A stretch of 64,000 nt of DNA. Origin: Candidatus Latescibacterota bacterium (lineage in GTDB: Bacteria > Latescibacterota > UBA2968). The notes beneath the pieces are model-generated. The model saw only the letters and a list, made by a program, of their open reading frames with translations. It was not told the DNA's origin and made no database searches. Numbering within the stretch: position 1 is the stretch's first letter; each line of letters opens with the position of its first letter. The translations under genes were made by a program, and so were the position numbers. Where the stretch lies: NCBI GenBank assembly GCA_965204375.1, contig OZ241986.1, positions 1,504,001 to 1,568,000 of the forward strand, read 5' to 3'. Shown in pieces: positions 19,638-29,477 of this stretch.

Positions 19638-21044
19638 ATGAATATGGTGGTGATTTGTTGCGATACGTTTCGCGCCGATATTGTTGGAGCGGACAAAAAG
19701 TTTAGCCATGTGAAAACGCCTCATTTGGATCAGTTGGCTTCTGATGGCCTGATCTTTAATCGCTGTTTTGCAGAGGGTTTGCCGACGATTCCTTTTCGGC
19801 GGTGTGTGTTTACGGGTATTCCGTCTTTTCCCTGGCGGTTTGATACGCCAAATGAAGGGCTTCAGCCAGCAGGCTCTGGCTGGCATCCGATTCCGCCAGA
19901 TCAGGATACGCTCGCGGAACGCCTGCACGATGCGGGTTTTGTTACGGGTCTGGTCGCAGATACCTATCACATGTTTAAGCCGACCCAGAATTTCACGCGG
20001 GGTTTTTTGTCGTGGCGATTTATTCGCGGTCAAGAACAAGATGGATATCGCTCGGGTCCACTGTCGCGTATCGATCTGGCAGCGCATGTACGGGATGGAG
20101 ATGCAGATCCGAGGAAACATGCGGTGATTGTTCAGTATTTGCTCAATATGCTGGATCGGCAGGAGGGCGAAGAAAATTATCTCGCTGCCCAGGTGTTTCG
20201 CGAGGCATCGCAATGGGTGGAGGACAATAGGAGTAACAAGCCATTTTTCTTGTGGATTGACAGTTTTAGTCCACACGAGTTATGGGATCCGCCAAGGCAG
20301 TATGCCGATGCTTATTTTTCAGATCCTTCCGTGAAGGATTATATCCATCACAGTGTCCTGTCCATTGGCGATGTGACCGATGCGGAAATAGAGCGCACAA
20401 AAGCATTGTATATGGGCTATGTCACATTTGTGGATCGCTGGATTGGGCATTTGCTGGAAACGATTGACCGATTGAATCTGAGGGACGATACTGTGGTGAT
20501 GTTCATATCCGATCACGGCACACAATTGATGGATAGGGGGCGGTTTGGCAAGGGCGGTAATGCGCTTTTTCCATTTAATACGCAGATCAATTGGATCGTT
20601 CGCCATCCGGATGGACCGCGCGGGCAGCAGTCGGATATCTGGACACAGAATCAGGATATTACGCCGACGATTCTCAATATGCTGGGCGTTGACTATGAAG
20701 AGATGGAAGGGGTAGATGCATGGGCAGGTGTGACGGGTGCGAGTGAACCAGCTCGCGATTATATCACAACGGGTTGGGCAACGAATTTTAATGTGCGGGA
20801 TGATCGGTATAGCGTACACATGGATGTAGGGACAAGGTCCCCCGAAGCCACGGTTTACGATTTGAGTGTGGATGCCGATGAGAAAAAGCCCCTGAGTGAC
20901 CCGCCCCGTGAGGTCGTTGCACAGGCATTGGAACGGGCGCGTACTGTGATTGGAGATTTCCCCGATGTATTTAGCGCGTACAAACAAAGACACGCGGCGC
21001 GGGCGATGCGGACGTTTATGAATAAGTACGGCTTGGGGAGGTAG
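19638..21044 (+). CDS. Sulfatase-like hydrolase with atypical TxPxR motif
   Basis: CDTFRAD, TPHLDQLA, PTIPFRR, SPHELWDPP and SDHG motifs. Confidence 0.85.
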   Translation: MNMVVICCDTFRADIVGADKKFSHVKTPHLDQLASDGLIFNRCFAEGLPTIPFRRCVFTGIPSFPWRFDTPNEGLQPAGSGWHPIPPDQDTLAERLHDAGFVTGLVADTYHMFKPTQNFTRGFLSWRFIRGQEQDGYRSGPLSRIDLAAHVRDGDADPRKHAVIVQYLLNMLDRQEGEENYLAAQVFREASQWVEDNRSNKPFFLWIDSFSPHELWDPPRQYADAYFSDPSVKDYIHHSVLSIGDVTDAEIERTKALYMGYVTFVDRWIGHLLETIDRLNLRDDTVVMFISDHGTQLMDRGRFGKGGNALFPFNTQINWIVRHPDGPRGQQSDIWTQNQDITPTILNMLGVDYEEMEGVDAWAGVTGASEPARDYITTGWATNFNVRDDRYSVHMDVGTRSPEATVYDLSVDADEKKPLSDPPREVVAQALERARTVIGDFPDVFSAYKQRHAARAMRTFMNKYGLGR

Positions 21045-21054
21045 GAAGATTATC

Positions 21055-21111
21055 CACGAAGGACACGAAGGACACGAAGAAAGGCATGTAGGGGCGGGTT
21101 TGTAACCCGCC
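21055..21111. repeat. 9-mer tandem repeat plus GTAG-type REP-like palindrome
   Basis: CACGAAGGA twice plus CACGAAGAA, then GTAGGGGCGGGTTTGTAACCCGCC. Confidence 0.6.
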
Positions 21112-21135
21112 AATGATTTTCAAACGAGGAAAAAA

Positions 21136-22029
21136 TTGAACTATAGAGTTGAACAACATCCCGATCACCACCGGTTGCGTCACATCACAATTGACGGCGA
21201 TACCGCAGCGGCTTATGTGCGCGAAGTGTCAGATCTTTCGGAGCAGCGATTGACTTATGTGCCATATTTGAGATTGATCGCTGCCGATTGTCTGCAAAAT
21301 ATAGTAGGTGATGATTTTTTCGAGCATATCAATGCGATTGTTAGAGACCGTGCAACCGGGGGGTTTACCGTTGCGGCTGAAGGTGGGTTTGAGACGATGG
21401 ATCAGCGCGTTGCTTTTGGGACGGCTGTTTCGCATGCGATCGGGATTCCCAATTTTGACGATATGACGGGGAATTATTACGCCTGTTTTGAGGTGAAGGA
21501 TACGGATAATAGCGATTCGTATTTGCGTCAGGCGTATCGCCTGTTCACGCTCCATACCGATGGGACGTATGTCCGCGAGCGCACAGATTGGATTTTGATG
21601 ATGAAGATGGAGGAGCACGATGCGGTGGGGGGAGAGTCACGGCTGTTGCATCTGGATGATTGGGAAACGTTAGAGCACTTTGCCAGCCATCCACTGGCTT
21701 CTTTACCTCTGGTCTATCAGTCGCCGCCGAGTAAGAATTATCCCGTTACGATTGAAAAAACGACGTTCTACGAACAAGACGGCAAAGCGTGTGTGTGTTT
21801 TATCGATCAGTTTGTCTATCCCGAGACCATTGAGCAGGGCCGATATCTGCGCGATCTTTCCGATTCGATGGAAGCGTCGCAGGGGGTGGTTTCGCTGCCC
21901 TTGCCACCCGATCATCTCGTGGTGCTCAACAACCATTTCTGGTTGCACGGACGCGAGGCGTTTGAGAAAAATCCCAATCTCTATCGCTTGCTGATGAGGC
22001 AGAGAGGGTATTTTAGAGATAAAACTTGA
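21136..22029 (+). CDS. glaH: Glutarate 2-hydroxylase (CsiD/GlaH), Fe(II)/2OG-dependent
   Basis: DNSDSYLRQ, LHTDGTYV, LLHLDDW, NNHFWLHGR and LMRQRGYF match CsiD family motifs. Confidence 0.85.
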   Translation: MNYRVEQHPDHHRLRHITIDGDTAAAYVREVSDLSEQRLTYVPYLRLIAADCLQNIVGDDFFEHINAIVRDRATGGFTVAAEGGFETMDQRVAFGTAVSHAIGIPNFDDMTGNYYACFEVKDTDNSDSYLRQAYRLFTLHTDGTYVRERTDWILMMKMEEHDAVGGESRLLHLDDWETLEHFASHPLASLPLVYQSPPSKNYPVTIEKTTFYEQDGKACVCFIDQFVYPETIEQGRYLRDLSDSMEASQGVVSLPLPPDHLVVLNNHFWLHGREAFEKNPNLYRLLMRQRGYFRDKT

Positions 22030-22369
22030 CATATTGCACTTGAGACGTTATATGTACTTTGAAGGGCACCAAAAAAGAAGACCGCGTGTTGCACAAGGAC
22101 AAGACACACGCGGCCTTCAACGAAGTAACCCTTTTACAAGGGTGCCTACAATTTAACCCTTCCTGATTGATTTGTCAACTCGCAAAGAAAGGAGGTAGTC
22201 AAAGTCCTTAGATAGGCGACCTGAAGCCACGAAGCCAATGCAGGTACGTATCGTGTTCAACCTCATTAAAAAGGAAAGGATTTCAGTCATGGATTTGTTT
22301 AAAAAGACTGAGGAACTTTACGAAGATTATTGGCGCAAAACCAAAAGCAAAAGAGAGGAGACAAGCACA

Positions 22370-22732
22370 ATGCCTTTTTTTTTAATTCCCATTATAGTTA
22401 GTGGAGTAGTAACCTGGAAGAAGGTCGTTGAAGAAGAAGAGACGAAGCGATACGCGATCTCCGCTGAAGAGCGGAAAACCATTCACATGATCAATGTTCA
22501 GCGCGACCTGTTGATGACGCATCTCGAACGCTCCTTTGACGAACGGAGAGAGAACTTCCGGAAATTCTTCGATAGTTTAGATCGGGCAATTGACAAGGGA
22601 GATACTGTTACTGTCGCCGCGACTTTGAACTCAATCGTCGAGCTAGCGCAGTCGAGTCCCTTCAAGGACATCGCCTCTGTGAAGGATGTCCGAGAGGTCA
22701 TGGCAGATCAAGACAAAGTGTACGAAATATAA
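22370..22732 (+). CDS. Hypothetical helical protein
   Basis: ORF 22238..22732 with RBS GAGGAG before MPFFLIP (alternative start 22289), followed by a strong hairpin. Confidence 0.65.
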   Translation: MPFFLIPIIVSGVVTWKKVVEEEETKRYAISAEERKTIHMINVQRDLLMTHLERSFDERRENFRKFFDSLDRAIDKGDTVTVAATLNSIVELAQSSPFKDIASVKDVREVMADQDKVYEI

Positions 22733-22764
22733 TGGACGCTTGATCCTATCTTGATTGAGTATTG

Positions 22765-22804
22765 AAAAAAAAGGCCCGTTGATCGGTTATGATCAACGGG
22801 CCTT
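22765..22804. terminator. Hairpin terminator
   Basis: A tract then AAGGCCCGTTGATC-GGTTAT-GATCAACGGGCCTT. Confidence 0.75.
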
Positions 22805-23068
22805 AGCGTTGTACTCGAGAGGAAATAATGGATGATCGACCAATATGCAAAATACCTGATTCTCGTGATACTTGCGGGCTGGACAATTGGCGCGCGTGAA
22901 TGCGCCGCGCAACGCCTTTTACGCCTCGTCACTCGGATCTCGTGCAGGAATTCTGGCGCTGGCAAGCGGTTTTTTTGTCGAGCGAGTTCGAGTTGGGACG
23001 TTGGTTGTTTGAGATTGGGAAATCACGTCACGCATCCAATGCTTGCTCAAATGCCTCGATAAATGATG

Positions 23069-23521
23069 CTATTCGAAACTTTCCAATGTCAGAATTAGAT
23101 GCTCCGGAAAGTCAGGAGGTAAGTTTGTTCGATATCGTTTTTCGCTGGTCAACCAGATACAATCAAGTTTGTTTGCCAGGACGATATAAGTCGCATCATA
23201 AAATCCGCGATTAAAGCGGATTGCAAAATCCAAAATTGTTTGTCGATCTTGTACGCTCAAGTCACAAAATACAATTGGCAATTCAGAGAATGTTCGATAC
23301 GCTTCTATTGCTTGCTCTGTTTCGATACGCTGCCTACCACTGCGCTGTGCCCGGGTGATAATGTGACCTAATTCATACTCGAGAATATGCGGTGCATAAA
23401 AGACGATCTCTTTAGCTAAGAACCGAATGAGAAACGTCTCTGCAATATCTACCACGTCTTCGTCGTTTAAGAACCACTTAGCAGCAACTGACGCATCTAA
23501 AACGTATCTTTCATTGATCAT
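23069..23521 (-). CDS. VapC-type PIN domain toxin
   Basis: YVLDASVAAKW, YE, FYDATYIVLA and LTSEK motifs. Confidence 0.88.
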   Translation of the reverse strand: MINERYVLDASVAAKWFLNDEDVVDIAETFLIRFLAKEIVFYAPHILEYELGHIITRAQRSGRQRIETEQAIEAYRTFSELPIVFCDLSVQDRQTILDFAIRFNRGFYDATYIVLANKLDCIWLTSEKRYRTNLPPDFPEHLILTLESFE

Positions 23522-23672
23522 TTAACCGCCTTAAAATCGCACCAGAATTTACTACCACAGGACCAATAGCTTTCCGAATCTTTTTTATTCGATTAAATAA
23601 TTTTTTTTCTGATGCGTTCAGTTTGCGTATATCGCCTCGAATGAGTGGTCGTGTTGTCATCTGTTCAGGCAT
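23511..23672 (-). CDS. Putative antitoxin (53 aa)
   Basis: Manual translation MPEQMTTRPLIRGDIRKLNASEKKLFNRIKKIRKAIGPVVVNSGAILRRLNDQ. AGGAG RBS; overlaps the PIN gene start. Confidence 0.65.
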   Translation of the reverse strand: MPEQMTTRPLIRGDIRKLNASEKKLFNRIKKIRKAIGPVVVNSGAILRRLNDQ

Positions 23673-23758
23673 ATTGTTTCTCCTTTGCTTTCTACTAATT
23701 TACGGACTTTCCAATTATTCTTCAACCTGATTAACGATTGCCTATAATTCTGCGGATG

Positions 23759-26293
23759 CTAAAATTTCGGTGCTGGAAAATCTGGAAGCGGCGTGTTGCG
23801 AAATATCTCCCATTCTGTGCGGAGATCGTTGAGCCATGGGAGAAGGGTTTGGAGACGCGATTCGAGTTGGGCTTCAAAGAGCGATTCTGGCTCAACTGGG
23901 CTGCCATTGGATTCGATGACCTGGAGGGTATTTTCATTAAACGCGGCGGGATCGCCGTGTAAGCCAACGATAATGGGCTGCACAAATCGGTCGCGCGCGT
24001 CGCCCGGTCGCCAAAAATCGTAGTATCTCAGAATGCCTCGATGTTTGAAATTCCAGAGGACATAATGCTTGAGGTGATTGGGATAATTGGCGAGGGACGC
24101 GCCGCTGCCATACAGGATACCGCCATTGACGCGATCGAGTAGGCTGGCATAAGGTTGAGCACCATGGGCGTCAATGCGTTGATCTGAACGCATGTCATAA
24201 CGCCAGTACACGGTTCCGGCAGAGCGACTGTTCGTGCCCGGTCCATGCCAGTGGCCTGCGAGGTCTTCTGACAGCCCGACCCATACGCCATAACCGCCAT
24301 CGCTGGCAATAGATGAATGGCCCAGATTTCCCGCCTGTGTGACGTGGTACACAGATACTGCAGAACTCAAACTTACGCGAAGGGCGCGATTGCAATTGAT
24401 GAAGGATGTGCGCCGTATCCAGGAATTGACACATCGGTTGAGCCGGAGCAAACTCCAGCCACCATCATGAATGGCGTCTTTGTGGTGGACAAAATCATCC
24501 AGCCAGGTGCCGTGAAAGCTGATGTCTTCAACGCCGACCTCTTCAAGGTGCTGATACTCGCGCACGGTCCAGTTATGCGTGTGGTTGACATCGGTGTGCA
24601 GGGGTTCATTGAGGCGAATTCGATTGCCCTGTATTTCGGCTATACTGTGCTTTTCGCGCACTTGTATCCCGTTGGTCAGCATGGCCGTCCAGATGGATTC
24701 TGCCGAGTACGGCGCGAGAAATTCCGAGATGGCTACGGTGCTGTTCATATAGAACGTAATCCATTGGCCTGGAAAGAGTCTGGAAGCGTCTGCTACTGTG
24801 ATGTAGAAGGTCTCTCGGTCAGCGCTTTCCGTAATGGACGTCAGGGATCTATCGCTTGTATTGCGGGGTTGGAAAATGAACATATAGGGCGATGTCCACA
24901 GTTGTTCGGGATTGAGTGGCGGCATGTAGTTCACCTGGCGGATGATCGTGCCTCCGCTTCGGCTGCCGCTGCCTCTGAGGATGATATTGCTGTTGCGGAT
25001 GTAGATGGGCTGGTTGTTGTCGGCGTTGGTATTGACGAGAAATTCGCCTGGGGGAAAGAAGACAATGCCGCCGTTGTTTTGCTCGGCTGCGGCAATTGTG
25101 CGTACGATGGCTGCCTGATCGGAGAGGCCATCGTTGGGGATAGCGCCATAAGCTGTGACGTCGAATACGTCGCCCTGGATATCTGGAACGGGTTTGTCAA
25201 AGTAGTGATAGCCCGCGTAGGAAAAATCGGGCAAAATGGGTTCTGTGCCATTCTCTTTGGCCGCTACAAATTGTGTCCAGGTGTGTGCGGGACCACTCTG
25301 AGGTAAGTAAGATATCCAACTGCTTCGCGTTTGTATATAATTTGCAACCTGCGCCCAAATTGGGATAGGATGTGTACTGGAAGGATCGCGTGAGGCGAGA
25401 ATATCCCGAGGAATTGGCACGCGAATCAGAGTTGTTCCCGCTTGAATGGTCTGTGTCAACAGGGTCTGGGTTTCGGTTCCTACCGCAATACTCAATGGTT
25501 GTGTGGTGTAATTTTCAAATGTGATGGGTATGTACCACTGCGTGCCGTCAGATCCGAATCCAGCTACGAAAGTGAGAAAATCTCCAAAACCGATTTGTCC
25601 GTCAGAATTGAGATCGTAGATGGGATCATATCCCGCATCGGTCTGGGTTGCACCGAATTTTTGGGCGAAGAGTAGAAAATCAGTAAAACCAACGGCTCCA
25701 TTGCCATCAAAATCGAGATGGTCAATGGAGCCTTTTTCCTGTACTGGCGCGTCAACTTGCCAGGAAAAGGTCTGATCGACGGTTGCAATATGGTCAATGA
25801 GCAGGCGTGCATTTGAATTTGGGCCGGTTTCTGTTCTAAATGTCATGTATCGCCTGTTGTAATCGGGTTCTCTACCCCAGTTATCGTATTGGGGTTTTGA
25901 CAGTTCTATAACGGCAAGTTGCCAACCTTGAGGCGGTGTTTGTCCCTCCCAGATCGTATATACGGCTTCCATGCCGCCGACCAGGGGATAGTTGCGAACC
26001 TTGATTTTGAGGTCCCTCAGGCCACTGCCTTCTACTTTCCACCAGAAGCTCAAGCTGTGTTTTTTGGAGATGTCCTGCCCTGTGCTGAAAAAATTGTAGG
26101 TGAAAAATCCCGTCTGACCTGCAGGTAGAGAGGCTGCGATGGCAAAGCGACCCTCTGGCGCGTCTTTAGACAATTGTAAGCCACTGGACCATCCGGAAAG
26201 ATTGTCGCAATCGGTCAGGGTTTGCACCGGATCGCTGGCAAAGCAAACACAGGTCCACAGAAATACAATTGTGAAGGCGGTAATTGATCGCAT
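23759..26293 (-). CDS. Secreted modular protein: CBM-like domain, dockerin/EF-hand pair, beta-helix polysaccharide-active domain (DUF4955-like)
   Basis: Signal peptide; DFDGNGAVGFTDF...DLNSDGQIGFGDF; LPDFSYAGY, FDVTAYGAIPND, FFPPGEF and VEPESLFEAQL. Confidence 0.75.
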   Translation of the reverse strand: MRSITAFTIVFLWTCVCFASDPVQTLTDCDNLSGWSSGLQLSKDAPEGRFAIAASLPAGQTGFFTYNFFSTGQDISKKHSLSFWWKVEGSGLRDLKIKVRNYPLVGGMEAVYTIWEGQTPPQGWQLAVIELSKPQYDNWGREPDYNRRYMTFRTETGPNSNARLLIDHIATVDQTFSWQVDAPVQEKGSIDHLDFDGNGAVGFTDFLLFAQKFGATQTDAGYDPIYDLNSDGQIGFGDFLTFVAGFGSDGTQWYIPITFENYTTQPLSIAVGTETQTLLTQTIQAGTTLIRVPIPRDILASRDPSSTHPIPIWAQVANYIQTRSSWISYLPQSGPAHTWTQFVAAKENGTEPILPDFSYAGYHYFDKPVPDIQGDVFDVTAYGAIPNDGLSDQAAIVRTIAAAEQNNGGIVFFPPGEFLVNTNADNNQPIYIRNSNIILRGSGSRSGGTIIRQVNYMPPLNPEQLWTSPYMFIFQPRNTSDRSLTSITESADRETFYITVADASRLFPGQWITFYMNSTVAISEFLAPYSAESIWTAMLTNGIQVREKHSIAEIQGNRIRLNEPLHTDVNHTHNWTVREYQHLEEVGVEDISFHGTWLDDFVHHKDAIHDGGWSLLRLNRCVNSWIRRTSFINCNRALRVSLSSAVSVYHVTQAGNLGHSSIASDGGYGVWVGLSEDLAGHWHGPGTNSRSAGTVYWRYDMRSDQRIDAHGAQPYASLLDRVNGGILYGSGASLANYPNHLKHYVLWNFKHRGILRYYDFWRPGDARDRFVQPIIVGLHGDPAAFNENTLQVIESNGSPVEPESLFEAQLESRLQTLLPWLNDLRTEWEIFRNTPLPDFPAPKF

Positions 26294-26542
26294 GGTTTTT
26301 CCCGTCAACTGTTCTATTGGAGGTTTGTCTAATATACTCAATTAGCGCTTGGAGAGACAAGTCTTTCGTGCCATATTGTCTGCCTGTGGGACATGGCGAC
26401 ATATCGGTTGATGTCAAAATGGGATATTTGTGGCGATCTGACAGGTTGGGAGATGGGCGGAAATCTGAAAAAATGGTGAGGAAAATTTTTAAAATTTTTA
26501 TTTACAATATGTTATTAAAATTTTTGAGAAAACAGAAAATAG

Positions 26543-26558
26543 TGGCACGGGAGTTGCA
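26543..26558 (+). promoter_or_regulatory. Sigma-54 (-24/-12) promoter
   Basis: TGGCAC-GGGAG-TTGCA, an exact consensus about 55 nt upstream of hsp20. Confidence 0.8.
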
Positions 26559-26611
26559 ACAGAAATAGGGCGAGACGAACAAGCAACCAATAACCAATAA
26601 CAGGAGGTATT

Positions 26612-27052
26612 GTGATGGCACTTATTCGTTGGCAGCAACCCCGTGAGTCTTTCGCGCTGAATCGCGAAATCGACAATCTGGTGAGCAAGTTCTGGGGCGA
26701 CCTGGATACCTGGCACGGCACGGGCTGGAATCCCCGCGTGGATGTAGTGGAATCGGATCATGAATTTACCGTTCACGCCGAATTGCCCGGGCTGAACAAG
26801 GATGATATCAAGGTGACGCTCGAAGACAATGTGCTCACAATTGAAGGCGAGCGGAAGCGCGAAGATGAGCAGAAGGATAAGCATTTCTTCCGTCGTGAAC
26901 GTTCCTACGGGAAATTTAAGCGCGCCTTCAAGCTCGGCACAGAAGTACAAGCCGACAAAATTGCTGCGAATTACAAGGACGGGATTTTGACCCTCACTTT
27001 GCCCAAGTCTGAAGCGGCGAAACCCCGCCAAATCGATGTTGCGGTATCGTAA
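26612..27052 (+). CDS. Hsp20/alpha-crystallin small heat shock protein
   Basis: AELPG, LTIEGER, ERSYGKFKR and ANYKDGILTLTLPK motifs. Confidence 0.95.
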   Translation: MMALIRWQQPRESFALNREIDNLVSKFWGDLDTWHGTGWNPRVDVVESDHEFTVHAELPGLNKDDIKVTLEDNVLTIEGERKREDEQKDKHFFRRERSYGKFKRAFKLGTEVQADKIAANYKDGILTLTLPKSEAAKPRQIDVAVS

Positions 27053-27074
27053 TTGAGTGAGCTCGTCAATCGCC

Positions 27075-27108
27075 GGGCCATCTCGCAAGGGCGGGATGGC
27101 CCTTTTTT
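27075..27108 (+). terminator. Intrinsic terminator between hsp20 and clpB
   Basis: GGGCCATCTCGC...GCGGGATGGCCC followed by TTTTTT. Confidence 0.75.
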
Positions 27109-27122
27109 ATGGAAAAAACAAA

Positions 27123-29285
27123 ATGGATATGAACAAATTGACACAGAAATCGCAGGAGGCTTATGAGGCACTTGAAAAATACGGTGTTGATCTGGTAGCC
27201 GAGGCGCGCGCGGGCAAATTGGATCCCGTGATTGGGCGCGATGAGGAAATTCGCCGCGTGATTCGCATTTTGTCGCGCAAGACCAAAAATAACCCGGTGC
27301 TAATTGGTGAACCCGGTGTGGGCAAGACCGCGATTATCGAAGGGCTGGCGCAGCGGATTGTGCGGGGCGATGTGCCCGAATGGCTCAAAGATCGGTCGGT
27401 TTTTTCTCTGGATATGGGTGCATTGATGGCTGGTGCAAAATATCGGGGCGAATTTGAAGAGCGTTTGAAAGCTGTTTTGAATGAGATTAAACAGAGCGAC
27501 GGTCATATTTTGTTATTTATTGACGAGGTCCACACGATTGTGGGCGCGGGTAAGACGGAGGGATCTACGGACGCGGGGAATATGCTTAAACCGATGCTGG
27601 CGCGGGGTGAATTGCACTGTATTGGGGCGACAACGCTTGACGAACACCGCCAGTATCTCGAAAAAGACGCTGCTCTGGAGCGGCGCTTTCAACCCGTGAT
27701 GGTTGATGCGCCATCTGTCGAGGACTCTATTTCGATTCTGCGGGGTTTACGCGAGCGATTTGAGATTCACCACGGAGTGGGGATTCAGGATAATGCGCTG
27801 GTCAATGCCGTGGTGTTGTCAGATCGATATATTTCAGATCGTTTTTTGCCCGATAAGGCGATTGATCTGGTGGATGAGGCGTGTGCAATGGTGCGGACAG
27901 AGATCGACTCCCTGCCTTCAGAACTGGATGCTGTGACCCGTCGCGTGATGCAGTTCGAGATTGAGGAAGCCGCGTTGAAAAAAGAAAAGGATAAGTCGAG
28001 TCGGGAGCGGTTGCAGACACTTCAGAAAGAGTTGGCCGATTTGAGAGATCAAGCAGATGCGATGCGCGTGCAGTGGGAGAATGAAAAGCAGGAACTGGAT
28101 GGGGTGCGAACTTTGCGAAAGGAGATTGAGCAGACAAAACGCGAGATCGAGGAGGCAGAGCGGCAGTACGATCTCAACCGCGCCGCAGAATTGAAACACG
28201 GCACATTGCCCGATTTGGAACGGCAACTCAAAACCGCCGAAGATTCTCAATTGATGGATAATCGGTTGTTGCGCGAGGAGGTAACAGAGGAGGAAATCGC
28301 CGAGATTGCATCGCGGTGGACGGGTATTCCGGTGACGCGATTGGTCGAGGGAGAGCGCGAAAAGCTGCTGCGGTTGGACGATATTTTGCACGAGCGCGTC
28401 GTCGGGCAGGATGAGGCGGTTTCTCTGGTGGCCGATGCGGTGATTCGGGCGCGTGCGGGGATCAAGGATCCGCGTCGTCCCATCGGGTCGTTCATTTTTT
28501 TAGGCCCATCCGGCGTTGGCAAGACCGAACTTGCTCGCTCACTATCAGAAGTACTTTTTGATAGCGAAGACAGTATGATTCGCGTCGATATGAGCGAGTA
28601 TATGGAAAAACACGCAGTGTCTCGTTTGATCGGTGCCCCCCCTGGCTACATCGGGTATGACGAAGGAGGGCAGTTGACAGAAGCGGTGCGTCGTAAACCG
28701 TATTCGGTGATTTTGTTCGACGAGATTGAAAAGGCTCACAGCGATGTTTTCAATATTTTGCTTCAGTTGCTCGAGGACGGCCGCTTGACAGATGCACAAG
28801 GGCATGTCGTGGATTTTAAGAATACGGTGATAATTATGACATCAAATATCGGTTCGCCGTATTTGCTCGAGGGTGTGACTGATGATGGTGAAATCTGCGA
28901 ATCTGCACGCGATGCGGTGATGACGGAATTGAGACAGCAGTTCAGACCCGAATTTCTCAATCGTATAGATGATGTGGTGCTGTTTAAGCCGCTGTTGTTG
29001 TCGGAGATCACCAAAATTGTGGATCTGCTTATTGTGGATTTGTGTAACCGGTTGTCCAACAGGCAGATTGGCCTCACACTGACAGAGGATGCAAAGATGC
29101 TTATCGCCCGAAAAGGGTTTGATCCAGTGTTTGGCGCACGCCCCCTCAAACGGTTCTTACAGCACGAATTGGAGACGCGCATTGGGCGTGCGTTAATCAG
29201 TGGCGATATATTGGATGGCGCGCAGATTGAGGTGGATGTGTCAGACGGTGATCTGGTGATTAAAGATGCGAGAGGTGGGGAGTAA
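27123..29285 (+). CDS. clpB: Chaperone ClpB lacking the N-terminal domain
   Basis: Two Walker A motifs ([16 protein letters not shown]), a coiled-coil M domain and RPEFLNRID. Starts [13 protein letters not shown]|YEALEKYG. Confidence 0.92.
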   Translation: MDMNKLTQKSQEAYEALEKYGVDLVAEARAGKLDPVIGRDEEIRRVIRILSRKTKNNPVLIGEPGVGKTAIIEGLAQRIVRGDVPEWLKDRSVFSLDMGALMAGAKYRGEFEERLKAVLNEIKQSDGHILLFIDEVHTIVGAGKTEGSTDAGNMLKPMLARGELHCIGATTLDEHRQYLEKDAALERRFQPVMVDAPSVEDSISILRGLRERFEIHHGVGIQDNALVNAVVLSDRYISDRFLPDKAIDLVDEACAMVRTEIDSLPSELDAVTRRVMQFEIEEAALKKEKDKSSRERLQTLQKELADLRDQADAMRVQWENEKQELDGVRTLRKEIEQTKREIEEAERQYDLNRAAELKHGTLPDLERQLKTAEDSQLMDNRLLREEVTEEEIAEIASRWTGIPVTRLVEGEREKLLRLDDILHERVVGQDEAVSLVADAVIRARAGIKDPRRPIGSFIFLGPSGVGKTELARSLSEVLFDSEDSMIRVDMSEYMEKHAVSRLIGAPPGYIGYDEGGQLTEAVRRKPYSVILFDEIEKAHSDVFNILLQLLEDGRLTDAQGHVVDFKNTVIIMTSNIGSPYLLEGVTDDGEICESARDAVMTELRQQFRPEFLNRIDDVVLFKPLLLSEITKIVDLLIVDLCNRLSNRQIGLTLTEDAKMLIARKGFDPVFGARPLKRFLQHELETRIGRALISGDILDGAQIEVDVSDGDLVIKDARGGE

Positions 29286-29307
29286 GAAGGGAGAAATATA
29301 TATGATT

Positions 29308-29348
29308 AAGCCCGGGTGAGCTTCTGGAGAAGTTTATCCGGGCTTTTT
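29308..29348 (+). terminator. Intrinsic terminator
   Basis: AAGCCCGGGTGAGCTTCT...AGAAGTTTATCCGGGCTT followed by TTT. Confidence 0.75.
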
Positions 29349-29477
29349 GTTTTTTGCATCGCCTTTTTCCTCTTTACTCCTGTTATTCTCCGCTGTATCA
29401 TTTGGAACCATATCTGTTTCATCTTGCATATCACGAAATCCTGTACATCCCAGTTCAAAATATTTGAGGAGGTATTT

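Noticed and set aside
22829-23062. ORF beginning with a signal-peptide-like segment
   Set aside because: It degenerates into uninterpretable sequence. It may be a gene remnant, but I cannot support a call.
24317-25306. 329-aa plus-strand ORF (likewise 6855-7664, 20319-21113 and 59291-59971)
   Set aside because: These are antisense shadows of well-supported genes and have no recognisable motifs.
26340-26610. CIRCE/HrcA operator upstream of the heat-shock genes
   Set aside because: No TTAGCACTC-N9-GAGTGCTAA match. The TGGCAC site fits sigma-54.
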